Below, in pieces: positions 27,248-36,646 of a stretch of 64,000 nucleotides of DNA. Each line of letters begins with the position of its first letter. Position 1 is the first letter of the stretch. The translations under genes were made by a program, and so were the position numbers. The stretch is from a virus. Taxonomy: Duplodnaviria; Heunggongvirae; Uroviricota; Caudoviricetes. The stretch spans positions 87,474 through 151,473 of the IMG/VR virus record IMGVR_UViG_3300013104_000019, one strand, 5' to 3'. The notes below the pieces were generated by a model, which was given only the letters and a program-made list of their open reading frames with translations, was not told the DNA's origin and did no database searches.

Positions 27248-27317
27248 TTGGAACTCCGAACGAGAGGATGTGCGGCCTCTATCTGTATTGGTTTGACCGC
27301 ACGGCAAAGGGGGTTTA

Positions 27318-28892
27318 TCAATCAACTGCTACGGGTGCCGTCGCCTTATCCGTAATTACTCGGATGTTGGAGTACATTCCCGCCCAAATGCCAACTGCCC
27401 CATCAATCTCGATGACAGTTGCGTGACGAAATGCGAGTTCGCTTTCGAGCCACGTAATGAGGCTGACCTTCGGGTTGAACTTCTCCAGACGCCGTAGTCC
27501 ATTACGATCCAGCAAGTCAATGCCAAGCGTCAACTTCAATGTCGCTTGGCCGAGTTCCCCCGTAGCAGCGTCTGACAGGTAATTTGCCATGACGTCCAGT
27601 GCTGCGAACCCGACGGTGTATTGTTCCTTGAGAACACGTTGAAGCGTGCTTTCTTTTTTAACCGTTTTGACAACTGTCTCATAAAGAATAGGCGTCAAAT
27701 CCGTCACGACCAGATTACTTGCACGTTCCTTGCCAGCGACAACGGCTTTTTCGCCATCCAGGAACAGGTCGAGTTTTTCAGCCAGAAAACCGATGTTCTC
27801 GACAGCACGGTATGCAAGCTTCGCCGGACGGAATTGTGCGGTGAGCGGCTCGTCATCTGCACCAACGAGATCGTACCGGTACTTGTCCCCCCGGTACATC
27901 GCGAGATGTCCGTAAGCGGACAACTCTTTGTGTACATCTGCCTTGAAGACGTTACCTACGACCATCTTCATCAGGTTGTCGGTGTTGTCGGCCATGTCAG
28001 CTTGGTAAGCCAAAATCGACTCGATCACCGGGTCGGGTTCCTGTAGCCGGATCACGGCGTAGGACCCATCCGCCGAACGCATGCCGTGTTCGTCGTCTTC
28101 TTTTCCGTGGTTGCCGAGGTAGTATTCACCCGGCGTGAGATGTGTGCGACGCGTGTTGAAGTAGAGGTTCTGGTGCGAGATGAACGGATGCTTGTCCGCA
28201 TTGTAACCCCAGTAGCCGTCTGCTTCGCTCGTGTTAATCTCGGCTTTGACTTGCTTGGCCAGCGAATGGATCGTACCGATCATGGCCAGCCGGTCTGCCT
28301 TCATGTTGCCGAGGATATCCGAGTGAGCTTTCACCCAGTCGAAATCGACCGTGATGTTCTTGGCCCGCAGACCTTCTGCCAACTCGAACAGCCGACGCCA
28401 GTTGTCGACGTTGGTGATCGGCGAGCCGTCGCTGCGTCGCCAACCGTACTTCTTCCACGAGTACACCCAGTTCGTCATGCCCTTGCGGACATACTCGCTG
28501 TCGGTGTAGATGCGCACCATCGAAACTGCATACTTCTCTGCGTGCAGCAAACCGTAGTAAGCTGCATCGATTTCTGCGACGTTGTTCGTCACCGTACGGC
28601 CAGCGGCCATGTCGATGTTGTAGCTGCCAAAACCATCGACGTAGTGCAACGGTGTCACCGGCTTGATCTTGCCTTCTTTGACGTGCTCGTCAGTCTTCAG
28701 AAGGTAGCCGTCTTCAGTCAGAATGTGGTCGGGATTACCCGAGCCTTTCTTCGGTTCGGTGAAGCTAAAGAGATAACCATGCAAGCCCCAACCACCGAAG
28801 CCCGGATTGGGAATGCACGAACCATCCGTCCACAGGCACATGCCTTGTTTGACTTCTTGGTCCGGTTGCTTTTCGGAACTCGTCTTGCTCAT
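27318..28892 (-). CDS. rnhA: ribonuclease HI with large C-terminal extension (phiKZ gp155-like)
   Basis: WTDGS (D), TNNVAEI (E), YTDSEYV (D), WVKAHS and NMKADRLA (D) give the full RNase HI catalytic set. About 300 extra C-terminal residues. Start placed at MSKTSS. Confidence 0.88.
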   Translation of the reverse strand: MSKTSSEKQPDQEVKQGMCLWTDGSCIPNPGFGGWGLHGYLFSFTEPKKGSGNPDHILTEDGYLLKTDEHVKEGKIKPVTPLHYVDGFGSYNIDMAAGRTVTNNVAEIDAAYYGLLHAEKYAVSMVRIYTDSEYVRKGMTNWVYSWKKYGWRRSDGSPITNVDNWRRLFELAEGLRAKNITVDFDWVKAHSDILGNMKADRLAMIGTIHSLAKQVKAEINTSEADGYWGYNADKHPFISHQNLYFNTRRTHLTPGEYYLGNHGKEDDEHGMRSADGSYAVIRLQEPDPVIESILAYQADMADNTDNLMKMVVGNVFKADVHKELSAYGHLAMYRGDKYRYDLVGADDEPLTAQFRPAKLAYRAVENIGFLAEKLDLFLDGEKAVVAGKERASNLVVTDLTPILYETVVKTVKKESTLQRVLKEQYTVGFAALDVMANYLSDAATGELGQATLKLTLGIDLLDRNGLRRLEKFNPKVSLITWLESELAFRHATVIEIDGAVGIWAGMYSNIRVITDKATAPVAVD

Positions 28893-28933
28893 GTTTTTGG
28901 TCCTGTTTGGGTCGAGTATTCGATCTAAATGAT

Positions 28934-29401
28934 CTACTGACCCAATGAAATCTGATGACCAGACAGATAGTCCTGACAATCCTTGAGATACTGTTGGTGA
29001 CTATCGCGCAGGCGTTTCTTGAGTTCCCCGATGTACATGTACAACGCTTTAATCTGGTCTTCAGCGACCTGATCGAAAGCATGGGGATCGTTGCTGTTGG
29101 TCAGCTTAGCCAATTTGTCGTAAGGCAGGTCTGGCTCGCGAGGCAAGGGTGGTAACTTGTAGATGGGACAAACCGCCGTGACCGACGGTTTTTTCCTCTC
29201 GTTACCCGAGTCCGGAGTCGTCTCATTGGCCGACTCCGTCTTGATGGCTTCATCCGATAAACTGGCGGTTGCCAGTGCTGCACTCGCCCGTTTGGGTTCA
29301 GCAGCATCGGTCACTATCATTGTCGTGTGGTTAAACGAATTGCATGATGTCAAACCAAGAAAGAGCGACACGACCGTCAGGGATTTGCGTGTGGTGATCA
29401 T
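28934..29401 (-). CDS. lipoprotein, o-spanin-like
   Basis: Lipobox LGLTS-C, Pro-rich CPIYKLPPLPREPDLP segment, C-terminal helix ending near a Cys. Confidence 0.6.
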   Translation of the reverse strand: MITTRKSLTVVSLFLGLTSCNSFNHTTMIVTDAAEPKRASAALATASLSDEAIKTESANETTPDSGNERKKPSVTAVCPIYKLPPLPREPDLPYDKLAKLTNSNDPHAFDQVAEDQIKALYMYIGELKKRLRDSHQQYLKDCQDYLSGHQISLGQ

Positions 29402-29418
29402 GATGGTTGTCTGAAAAA

Positions 29419-30054
29419 CTAGTGTCGATACGGATCATGCATGAAATCCGGTGACGAGTAGAAAGCATCTTCACGTCGTTGGTTTTCACGTTGGATTTCC
29501 GCTTGCTTGGCACGGATGTCGTCGAGAGTTTTTTTCCACTCCTTATACCGACGAGTTGCTTCTGGCGAGTTGTTATTCTGATTCGGATGCGGCTTATGAA
29601 CCGGCTCAGGCTTTTGCCGGTGCGGTGTGCGACGCGGCACCGGCGGAACATCTGCTGGAGCAGGCTGCTCTTCCATAGGCGTCGGGACAGGCTCGTCAGG
29701 CGGAGGCTGAACAGGCGTAACCGTTTGTGTAACTTCCTGTTCAACTTGCGGCTTTTCTTGCTTCGGCGTTTCTTTTGGAACCGTCGAAGGTTTGACAACG
29801 GGATGCGAGGATTGATTAATCCCCTTGTATTTATCCTCCAGTTCCTTGTACTTGCGGTCAAGGATGACGTAGTCGGCGGAGATCTTCACAAGCTTCGGAA
29901 GAGTGAACATGTTCAGAAAGAAAGACAGCAAGATGAGGCCGATCAAGAACACGCGCATCTTGTTGGTCTTGAGGGCCTCCTTGATGCTCTTCTCACCGAG
30001 AATCATTTCCTTGATGAAAGGAAACAAAAACGTGAGGAGTTTGAAAGCTGACAT
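29419..30054 (-). CDS. membrane protein, i-spanin-like
   Basis: TM helix VFLIGLILLSFFLNMFTL, short coiled coil, P/E/K-rich linker, C-terminal coiled coil. Confidence 0.6.
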   Translation of the reverse strand: MSAFKLLTFLFPFIKEMILGEKSIKEALKTNKMRVFLIGLILLSFFLNMFTLPKLVKISADYVILDRKYKELEDKYKGINQSSHPVVKPSTVPKETPKQEKPQVEQEVTQTVTPVQPPPDEPVPTPMEEQPAPADVPPVPRRTPHRQKPEPVHKPHPNQNNNSPEATRRYKEWKKTLDDIRAKQAEIQRENQRREDAFYSSPDFMHDPYRH

Positions 30055-30183
30055 AAGGCGGTCCTTTAGTTCATTTTATAGCTTCAAGTTACCATGGCTG
30101 GTAACGAAATGCAAGAATGCTTTTCTTTTTCATTATTTCTCGCTCGATTTTCGCGGGAACAGCTGCTGCACTAGGAGAAATCC

Positions 30184-31515
30184 ATGTATGTGTTAAAAGG
30201 ATTCGCCGCTAACGCCCTGTACTGGAATAACACTCCGGGTCAGGTCGAAGCGATCGGCGAGCTGACGACTCAGTCGTTGACGTACTCGACCGAAAAAGGT
30301 GTCTATCAAAACGACTCGATTTCACCTGACATTCAGCTGATCTCGTTCACCAGCGCAACGGATGGTACCGCCCAGTCCGTGCCGAACGATCTGCGCGATC
30401 GTGTCATTACCATTTGCAAATGGGTGTATGACCAGATCAACAAGGGTGTACAACTGTATTCGGATGAGCTGCTCAACGAAGCACTGACGCAGTTCCAGAC
30501 GACGGCAGGTACGTTCGCCTGTGGCAACATCATCAGCGACGGCAATGGTCGCTGGGCACCGGAGTGGTTCAGCTGGGTGGATAACGCACTCACGCAAGCC
30601 GGTACGCAGAACTCGATCAAGTTCTGGTTCGTGGACGCCGCGTTCCAATCGGAATACGACGCCTTCTCGTTCAAGGTCGCACCGCCGCTCACGCCGCTGG
30701 ATAACTTTTTCCAGACCGGGCAGCAGGTGGATACGGCGATCAATGCACGCACGCAGCCGCAGTTGTTCGATCAGATCACCGCTGTACGTGGCAACGATCC
30801 GGAAACCATCCAGGTCGCGCTGTCGTACAACTACATCGACCCGAACAACCCGGCACACATCGTGCCGACGTTGTGGGTGGTGCTGATCTACGGCGCAGCC
30901 GGCAACACGATCGACTCGATCAACGATGCGCTCGTGAATTACATCCTGGCCAATTCGACGCACAGTCGCGACGACTGGGTCAAGATTCTGCCGGATCTTT
31001 TTCGTCGGACGGAGTTCGTCCTGATTCCGCTCTGGGATCAGCTGGCAATCCCGGATAACGCGTTGAAGCCCGGCCTCTATGCGACGATCACCAACCTGCA
31101 ACGCGTCAATGCGCTGTTCAAGGCGAAGATCACGTCGTATCCCTCGGCTCATATCGATAGTCATTTGACTTTGATGGCGCATCCGTACAAGAATTTGCAG
31201 ATCGCCAGCGTCGGGTCGACGGACAATCGCAACAACTGGTACGAGCTGAATCAGGTGTTTTCTGACCTGTTGGCAGTCGGTTCGACTTCGTCGGATTTCG
31301 GCCGCATGAGTCAGGATACGCAAGGCTTCCTGCTCAAGCTCGAACAGATGCTGGTGACGGCTGAGACGATGGGTCCTTTCACGGATATTCCGCGTGGCTT
31401 CACGCGTCTGATTCGTGACGGGATGTTGTACATCGTCATGAACTACGAGAACGTGAACTATCTCGTAGCGGCCAAACAGGATCTGACGCAGGTCATTCCG
31501 CCGCTGGGAGGCTGA
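30184..31515 (+). CDS. virion structural protein (phiKZ gp157-like)
   Basis: 443 aa with MYVLKGF..GELTTQSLTYS and LPDLFRRTEFVLIPLWD segments. Confidence 0.75.
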   Translation: MYVLKGFAANALYWNNTPGQVEAIGELTTQSLTYSTEKGVYQNDSISPDIQLISFTSATDGTAQSVPNDLRDRVITICKWVYDQINKGVQLYSDELLNEALTQFQTTAGTFACGNIISDGNGRWAPEWFSWVDNALTQAGTQNSIKFWFVDAAFQSEYDAFSFKVAPPLTPLDNFFQTGQQVDTAINARTQPQLFDQITAVRGNDPETIQVALSYNYIDPNNPAHIVPTLWVVLIYGAAGNTIDSINDALVNYILANSTHSRDDWVKILPDLFRRTEFVLIPLWDQLAIPDNALKPGLYATITNLQRVNALFKAKITSYPSAHIDSHLTLMAHPYKNLQIASVGSTDNRNNWYELNQVFSDLLAVGSTSSDFGRMSQDTQGFLLKLEQMLVTAETMGPFTDIPRGFTRLIRDGMLYIVMNYENVNYLVAAKQDLTQVIPPLGG

Positions 31516-31518
31516 TAA

Positions 31519-32166
31519 ATGGCTGACATGCTCCCAATGCTGGGAGCCAAAGGCATTTACAAGCTGAAGGCTCCCTTTGACAAGGATCTGCTTGTTGACG
31601 TGATGTACACGTGTATTGCCATCCGGCAGTTGCGTGCCATTACCGCAGAAGGCGGCGATCCCTTTACGGACTACTACGCCACTCCGCATTCGATCGATAG
31701 TTCGGTCTACAAGACGGACTTAGCCAACGGTGTATCGATCATTTCGTTGCAGGCCGAAGACAATTCAATCGTTGACGTCCCTTCGAGCTATTTGGCGGCG
31801 TATCCGGATGCAGGTGGTGTACCGTATCGGGTGATGTTGCTGTCGATCAACTTGGGGGCCGTTCCGGATGCATTGGATCTGTCCCCGATCATCCAGAAAA
31901 TCACCGACGACGTGAAGGACATCGTTGGGGTGGAGTCGACGGTGCGGGCAGTCGCTGTGTCAAACACGACGCTGCTCGATACGGCTACGGCTCAGAACGC
32001 AGAAGCAGCACGGCAAGCCAACATCACCAACAGCACGACGGACTTTTCGAAGTTGCAGCAGATGACGGCGCAGCGTGATGCGGCGTTGCAGAAGGTACAG
32101 GAGTTGCAGAACTACATCTTGCAACAGCAAGGTGCGCAACCGGTTCCTCAGCCGGGACCGATTTAA
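31519..32166 (+). CDS. virion structural protein
   Basis: 215 aa with GIYKLKAPF and YTCIAIRQL, plus a C-terminal coiled coil. Co-oriented with the upstream structural gene. Confidence 0.7.
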   Translation: MADMLPMLGAKGIYKLKAPFDKDLLVDVMYTCIAIRQLRAITAEGGDPFTDYYATPHSIDSSVYKTDLANGVSIISLQAEDNSIVDVPSSYLAAYPDAGGVPYRVMLLSINLGAVPDALDLSPIIQKITDDVKDIVGVESTVRAVAVSNTTLLDTATAQNAEAARQANITNSTTDFSKLQQMTAQRDAALQKVQELQNYILQQQGAQPVPQPGPI

Positions 32167-32171
32167 GCGAC

Positions 32172-32209
32172 GGCATAGACGGGGGCCCTTACGGGTCCCC
32201 CAATATGCC
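32172..32209. terminator. GGCATA-hairpin-TATGCC element (copy 4)
   Basis: GGCATA..GGGGGCCC-TTAC-GGGTCCCC..TATGCC between convergent genes. Confidence 0.7.
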
Positions 32210-32210
32210 C

Positions 32211-33224
32211 TTAGTTGTACTGAAGGTTCGGAGCGTGAATTGCTTGCGATGCGTCGATGGTTACAGCCGACACATGGCCCTTCACGTCCATGTTACCCAA
32301 GAGTTCGGTGTCACCCGCAATCTGGATCTTACCCGAACCCGGACTGCCCACACCACCGGCACCCGCAGCAGTCACCATGTCACCTGCCAGTCCAAACGCG
32401 CCCAGTTCGTTGAAGTTGCCGTTGTGATTCGTAGTCGGACTTTGAATGTCCCAACCATCGCCAAAGACAAACTTCCCTTTCTTAGCTTGTACCGTCCACG
32501 TCTCAGGTACGTTGATAAAGGCGTTCTTCTTGTTGATCTGGAACATCGTGCCTTCAGCATTTTGCATCTGCAAGATGAGGTTCTTGGTATCGAGCAAGAA
32601 GAAGTTGCCAACATCGTCTTGGAATTGAAGAATCCCTTGTCCGGTGTTGATCTGGATGTCGTAGCTGGCGACTTCCCCATTGGCCTTCGACGTATGGAAA
32701 TGGACCAGTTTGTCGTGGGTGGAGATTTCGAAGAAATACGACGTATCGGTATTGGCACTACCTGCGTTGTCGGTGTTACCAGACGCACCCTGACTGGCAG
32801 AACCGCTCCAAGCGTAGATGACTGTCTCCAGCTTGCGCAGGTTCAAGTCATCCATCATCGTGACCCAGTAGTACTTGTCCGAGTCGCCCATCCGGTAAAG
32901 CATCACGCGCTCGCCAGCCCGTACGTCAGGTGCCGTCATGCGGTTGCTACCCATCGGCATCCATTCAGCCGAGACACTGGCGGTTTGCTTGATCGACTCC
33001 GAGTAGCTCTGCCCCTGAGCGTCCACGCCTTGGGCTTCGTATTGCGTGACGTTGCTGGAGATCGTCCCGGAAAGACCCGGAAAGGATTCCACCGGAGTGA
33101 CTTCCACAATCTTGGAACTACGCGCCTTGTCTGCGGCCACAATACCGAAGGAATAGATCCGCAGTCGCGAGATCTCCGGCTCATTCGTTGGTAAGTTCTG
33201 CATTATAAAAACCTTTCCAATCAA
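32211..33224 (-). CDS. baseplate central spike / tail needle (phiKZ gp164-like)
   Basis: OB-fold-like N-terminus with RMTAPDVRAGERVMLYRMGDSDKYYW, followed by a beta-helix-like repetitive C-terminus. Confidence 0.75.
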   Translation of the reverse strand: MIGKVFIMQNLPTNEPEISRLRIYSFGIVAADKARSSKIVEVTPVESFPGLSGTISSNVTQYEAQGVDAQGQSYSESIKQTASVSAEWMPMGSNRMTAPDVRAGERVMLYRMGDSDKYYWVTMMDDLNLRKLETVIYAWSGSASQGASGNTDNAGSANTDTSYFFEISTHDKLVHFHTSKANGEVASYDIQINTGQGILQFQDDVGNFFLLDTKNLILQMQNAEGTMFQINKKNAFINVPETWTVQAKKGKFVFGDGWDIQSPTTNHNGNFNELGAFGLAGDMVTAAGAGGVGSPGSGKIQIAGDTELLGNMDVKGHVSAVTIDASQAIHAPNLQYN

Positions 33225-33273
33225 AAATCAGTGTCAGGCGACATCGTCTGAGAAACCACCAATTAACAACACC

Positions 33274-35811
33274 ATGAGAATCATCGACATCGAATTGGCG
33301 GGGTACAAACGACTGGTGTTTAACACCGTTGCCGTTTTCAAGATGAGTTTCACCCAAGTCATTCAGATGGTCTTGGGGACAAATGGGACTGGGAAGAGTT
33401 CCTTGCTCTCGGAACTCACGCCGTTACCGGCCAATGGATCGGACTTTAACAAAGGCGGATCCAAAATCATAACCATTAGCCACCGGGGAAATCACTACCG
33501 GTTGGTGAATCGGTTCGATACTCAAAAGGGTTGGCACAGCTTCGAGAAGAACGGTGAAGAGCTGAATCTCTCGCACTTGCAAACCACGCAGTACGAACTG
33601 TGTCAGCAAGAATTCGGCTATAACGACAACATCCGGCGGCTGTTGCAAGGCAAGATCAAGTTCTCGCAGATGTTGCCGAAAGCACGTCGCGAATGGCTAA
33701 CTTTGCTTTCGGATGTGGATTTCGATTATGCCATCCAAATCTACGACAAGCTGCGCCGGGAGTTAAGTGCAGCGTCGGGCTTTCTGAAAGTGCAGCGGGG
33801 TCGACTGGTGGTCGAGCAGCAAAAGATCATCACGACCGAAGAGCAGACGCGCCTCAGGAACGAAGTTACTGCCCTGCACACGGAGTTGTCAAAACTCTTG
33901 GCAGTGCGCAAACCGATTGAGCACAATCTGGGCGAGTTAAAACACCGCCAGGAGACGATGCTTATCAATCTGGAGCAGATGTCCGACCAGCTGCTCCGAA
34001 CCCGTTACATGGCTCCTTTGACGGCCTATGGGGCAGAAGAACTGCATCGCAACGAGTGGGGTGAATTAGAGGCACCGCATTTCACTTCCATCGAGCAGGT
34101 GGACAACTATATCCGGATTCTGCGTGAGAATCTGGCAGCCAAGCAAGCACTGCTCAATCAGTCCGTTAAGGAACACAGTCAGATTCAGGAAACGCTCAAA
34201 GTCCTGAAGCAGACCGGTGGTGTCGAGATGAAGTCGCTCTCGGAGAAACTGAACGAGCTAATCGATAGCAAACAGCTCACGCTCACCAAGCGAAAGCTGG
34301 GCTTGGCGTTTGACGATCCGATTCAAGCGTCGATTGCATTGGAAGCTTGTCGGGAGTTACTCAACGAAGTCTTTTCCCAGATTCCGGAAAATGAAGATAA
34401 ACGTTTTAGCCAAGCGGTGCGTGAGAAATACCTTGGCGATCGTAAACGACTCCAAGAAACGCTCCACACCTACAAGCGTACGCTTGACCAACTTGATGCT
34501 CAGAAAACACATCAAGAACACCATCTCGCAAATGGGCAAGTCGAGTGTCCGAAGTGCTTTGCTCGCTTCGCTCCTGGTGCCTCCGAGCGAAAGCTTGAAG
34601 AACTCACCACCCGTATTAAGGCGGGAAATGGAAAGCTACAGGAAGTCACTGAGCAGCTTTCTGACGTCGACAGTAAGCTTGAAGGAATCGACTCCTACGG
34701 TGCGCTATATCGGCAGTACGCTGGGATGGTCCGAGGCTATTCAGCATTGCGAGCTTTCTGGGATTACCTCGATCAGGAAGAAATTCCAAGAACATCTCCT
34801 CGGATGATTCCGGCGCTTGTCATGCAGCTGAACAACGACTTGCAGTTGGAACTGGAAGCGGATCGCATCCAGCAAGAGATCGAGAAGACCAAGCAGCTGA
34901 TGCACCAAGCGACGTTGGTTGGTAATGCGACACTGGCTGAGACGCAAGCCAAAGCCAGTGAAATCGAAGCGCATGTTGAAGGGATGACCGCATTCATTCA
35001 GCAGTTGCAAGTGCGTATTGAAGAGCATTCCCGCTACCGTAAAGAGTTGGCCGATGCGTATCAACTGGGTGAGAAGATCAGCAAGCTGAAAGATGATGCG
35101 TCCAAGCTGACGGAGACCATCATCGAGACCATGTGGATGGAGACGATCCACCACTGCGTCAATCAGTTGCAATCGCAATTGCTGCGTAAAGAGGAAACGC
35201 TTAACGAAGTGAAAGAGCAGCTTCGTCGCGTAAAAGACCTCGAAGACCAGATCACGATTGAAGAGCGTCGTGAGAAGGCGTTGCAGATTGCAGTCGATAC
35301 GCTCTCGCCGAAAGACGGTCTTATCGCGGAAGGTCTCTTGGGTTTCATTCGCACGTATGTACGGCAGATGAACGGCATCATCAAGAAGATCTGGTCGTAT
35401 CCGCTGGTGGTGAAAGAGTGCGGGATTGCTGATGGCAACGGCGTGGAACTCGATTACAAGTTCCCGATGCTGGTAGCGGATACGCTGCCTGTGTCAGATG
35501 TATCAGACGGGTCTTCGGGTATTGTGGACGTAGTCGACCTTGCGTTCATGGTCATCGCGATGAAGTACTTGGGGTTGGCTGAATCGCCTCTGTTCGCTGA
35601 CGAATTCACCAAGTCGTTTGACAACGAGCACAAGAAAACGGCCATGGTGATGATCAAGACGCTGATGGAGACCACGTCTTTGACGCAGCTTTTCATGATC
35701 AGCCACGACTACCAGCATTACTCGTCGTTTGCCAACGTGGAAGTCTGTGTGCTTGATCCGAAAAATATCGTGGTGCCCGATACCTATAACGAACACGTCA
35801 TGATGGAGTAA
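33274..35811 (+). CDS. sbcC: SbcC/Rad50-like SMC ATPase (phiKZ gp165-like)
   Basis: Walker A GTNGTGKS, long coiled coils with a central CPKC zinc hook, Walker B FADE, H-loop MISH. Confidence 0.9.
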   Translation: MRIIDIELAGYKRLVFNTVAVFKMSFTQVIQMVLGTNGTGKSSLLSELTPLPANGSDFNKGGSKIITISHRGNHYRLVNRFDTQKGWHSFEKNGEELNLSHLQTTQYELCQQEFGYNDNIRRLLQGKIKFSQMLPKARREWLTLLSDVDFDYAIQIYDKLRRELSAASGFLKVQRGRLVVEQQKIITTEEQTRLRNEVTALHTELSKLLAVRKPIEHNLGELKHRQETMLINLEQMSDQLLRTRYMAPLTAYGAEELHRNEWGELEAPHFTSIEQVDNYIRILRENLAAKQALLNQSVKEHSQIQETLKVLKQTGGVEMKSLSEKLNELIDSKQLTLTKRKLGLAFDDPIQASIALEACRELLNEVFSQIPENEDKRFSQAVREKYLGDRKRLQETLHTYKRTLDQLDAQKTHQEHHLANGQVECPKCFARFAPGASERKLEELTTRIKAGNGKLQEVTEQLSDVDSKLEGIDSYGALYRQYAGMVRGYSALRAFWDYLDQEEIPRTSPRMIPALVMQLNNDLQLELEADRIQQEIEKTKQLMHQATLVGNATLAETQAKASEIEAHVEGMTAFIQQLQVRIEEHSRYRKELADAYQLGEKISKLKDDASKLTETIIETMWMETIHHCVNQLQSQLLRKEETLNEVKEQLRRVKDLEDQITIEERREKALQIAVDTLSPKDGLIAEGLLGFIRTYVRQMNGIIKKIWSYPLVVKECGIADGNGVELDYKFPMLVADTLPVSDVSDGSSGIVDVVDLAFMVIAMKYLGLAESPLFADEFTKSFDNEHKKTAMVMIKTLMETTSLTQLFMISHDYQHYSSFANVEVCVLDPKNIVVPDTYNEHVMME

Positions 35812-35813
35812 GT

Positions 35814-36218
35814 ATGCAACGCCTTTTCATTACGGCGAAATGTCACCGCGCGAAAGTCACGGGTGCCAATCTTGACTATACCGGCTCGATTGCCGTGTCG
35901 GAAGAGATCATGGATGCGATGGGATTGGCACCCTTCGAGTTCGTTCACGTGAACAACTGCGCCAATGGCGCACACTGGGAAACGTACGTCATTCCCGGAT
36001 TACCGGGCGAGATCACGCTGCATGGGCCTCCGGCGCACCACTTCAAGGCGGGTGATCTCGTGGTCATCAATCGTCTTGTTTCGGTTGAATTATCCGAGAT
36101 CGCGAAGGTCGAGCACGTCTGTGTTTTTGTCGACGGGGAAAACCACGTCACGCGGGTCGACAAAAAATCGATGGCAGACATGGCGCTGCGGCGCTGGGAA
36201 GAAAGATCGGGAGAATGA
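35814..36218 (+). CDS. panD: aspartate 1-decarboxylase (PanD)-like pyruvoyl enzyme
   Basis: K9, H11, R12, Y22-x-G24-S25, NG, T57-Y58 and GDLV align in register with E. coli PanD. The substrate-binding positions differ. Confidence 0.8.
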   Translation: MQRLFITAKCHRAKVTGANLDYTGSIAVSEEIMDAMGLAPFEFVHVNNCANGAHWETYVIPGLPGEITLHGPPAHHFKAGDLVVINRLVSVELSEIAKVEHVCVFVDGENHVTRVDKKSMADMALRRWEERSGE

Positions 36219-36219
36219 A

Positions 36220-36618
36220 ATGAAAGAAAAGTTCATTATCCCCAACCGTCCGTTGTGGGAATACATCGGAGACTTGTCGCAAGATATCCTCTTCTGTTCC
36301 TACAACGAAGACGACATTCGTTCGATGTGGGTCAGGGGGACGATTGACAAAGAGTTCAAGAGTACAATCGAGCAATACAAAGGGTATCTGACGGGATGGC
36401 GACGAGAGGATGAACGCTACTCCGATGCACTGACAGCGCTGGTGATTCGACACGGCGGTTGGTCGCCAACCTGGGGTTGGGAAGTACCGACCGAGTGGAC
36501 TGAAGAGGACTGGGGCAAAGAAGGACCGCCCAAAGTACCTGTCGACCCGCTTAGCGAAGAGGAACAAGCAATCGTCAACGCATTCCTCGCCAAATACGAC
36601 ATCGTCATTTCTTCTTAA
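36220..36618 (+). CDS. hypothetical protein, Trp-rich and acidic
   Basis: 132 aa from the ATG 1 nt after the panD stop. Contains WSPTWGWEVPTEWTEEDW. Confidence 0.7.
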   Translation: MKEKFIIPNRPLWEYIGDLSQDILFCSYNEDDIRSMWVRGTIDKEFKSTIEQYKGYLTGWRREDERYSDALTALVIRHGGWSPTWGWEVPTEWTEEDWGKEGPPKVPVDPLSEEEQAIVNAFLAKYDIVISS

Positions 36619-36646
36619 TGCAGTACTTTTACAACAAGGGAATCAA

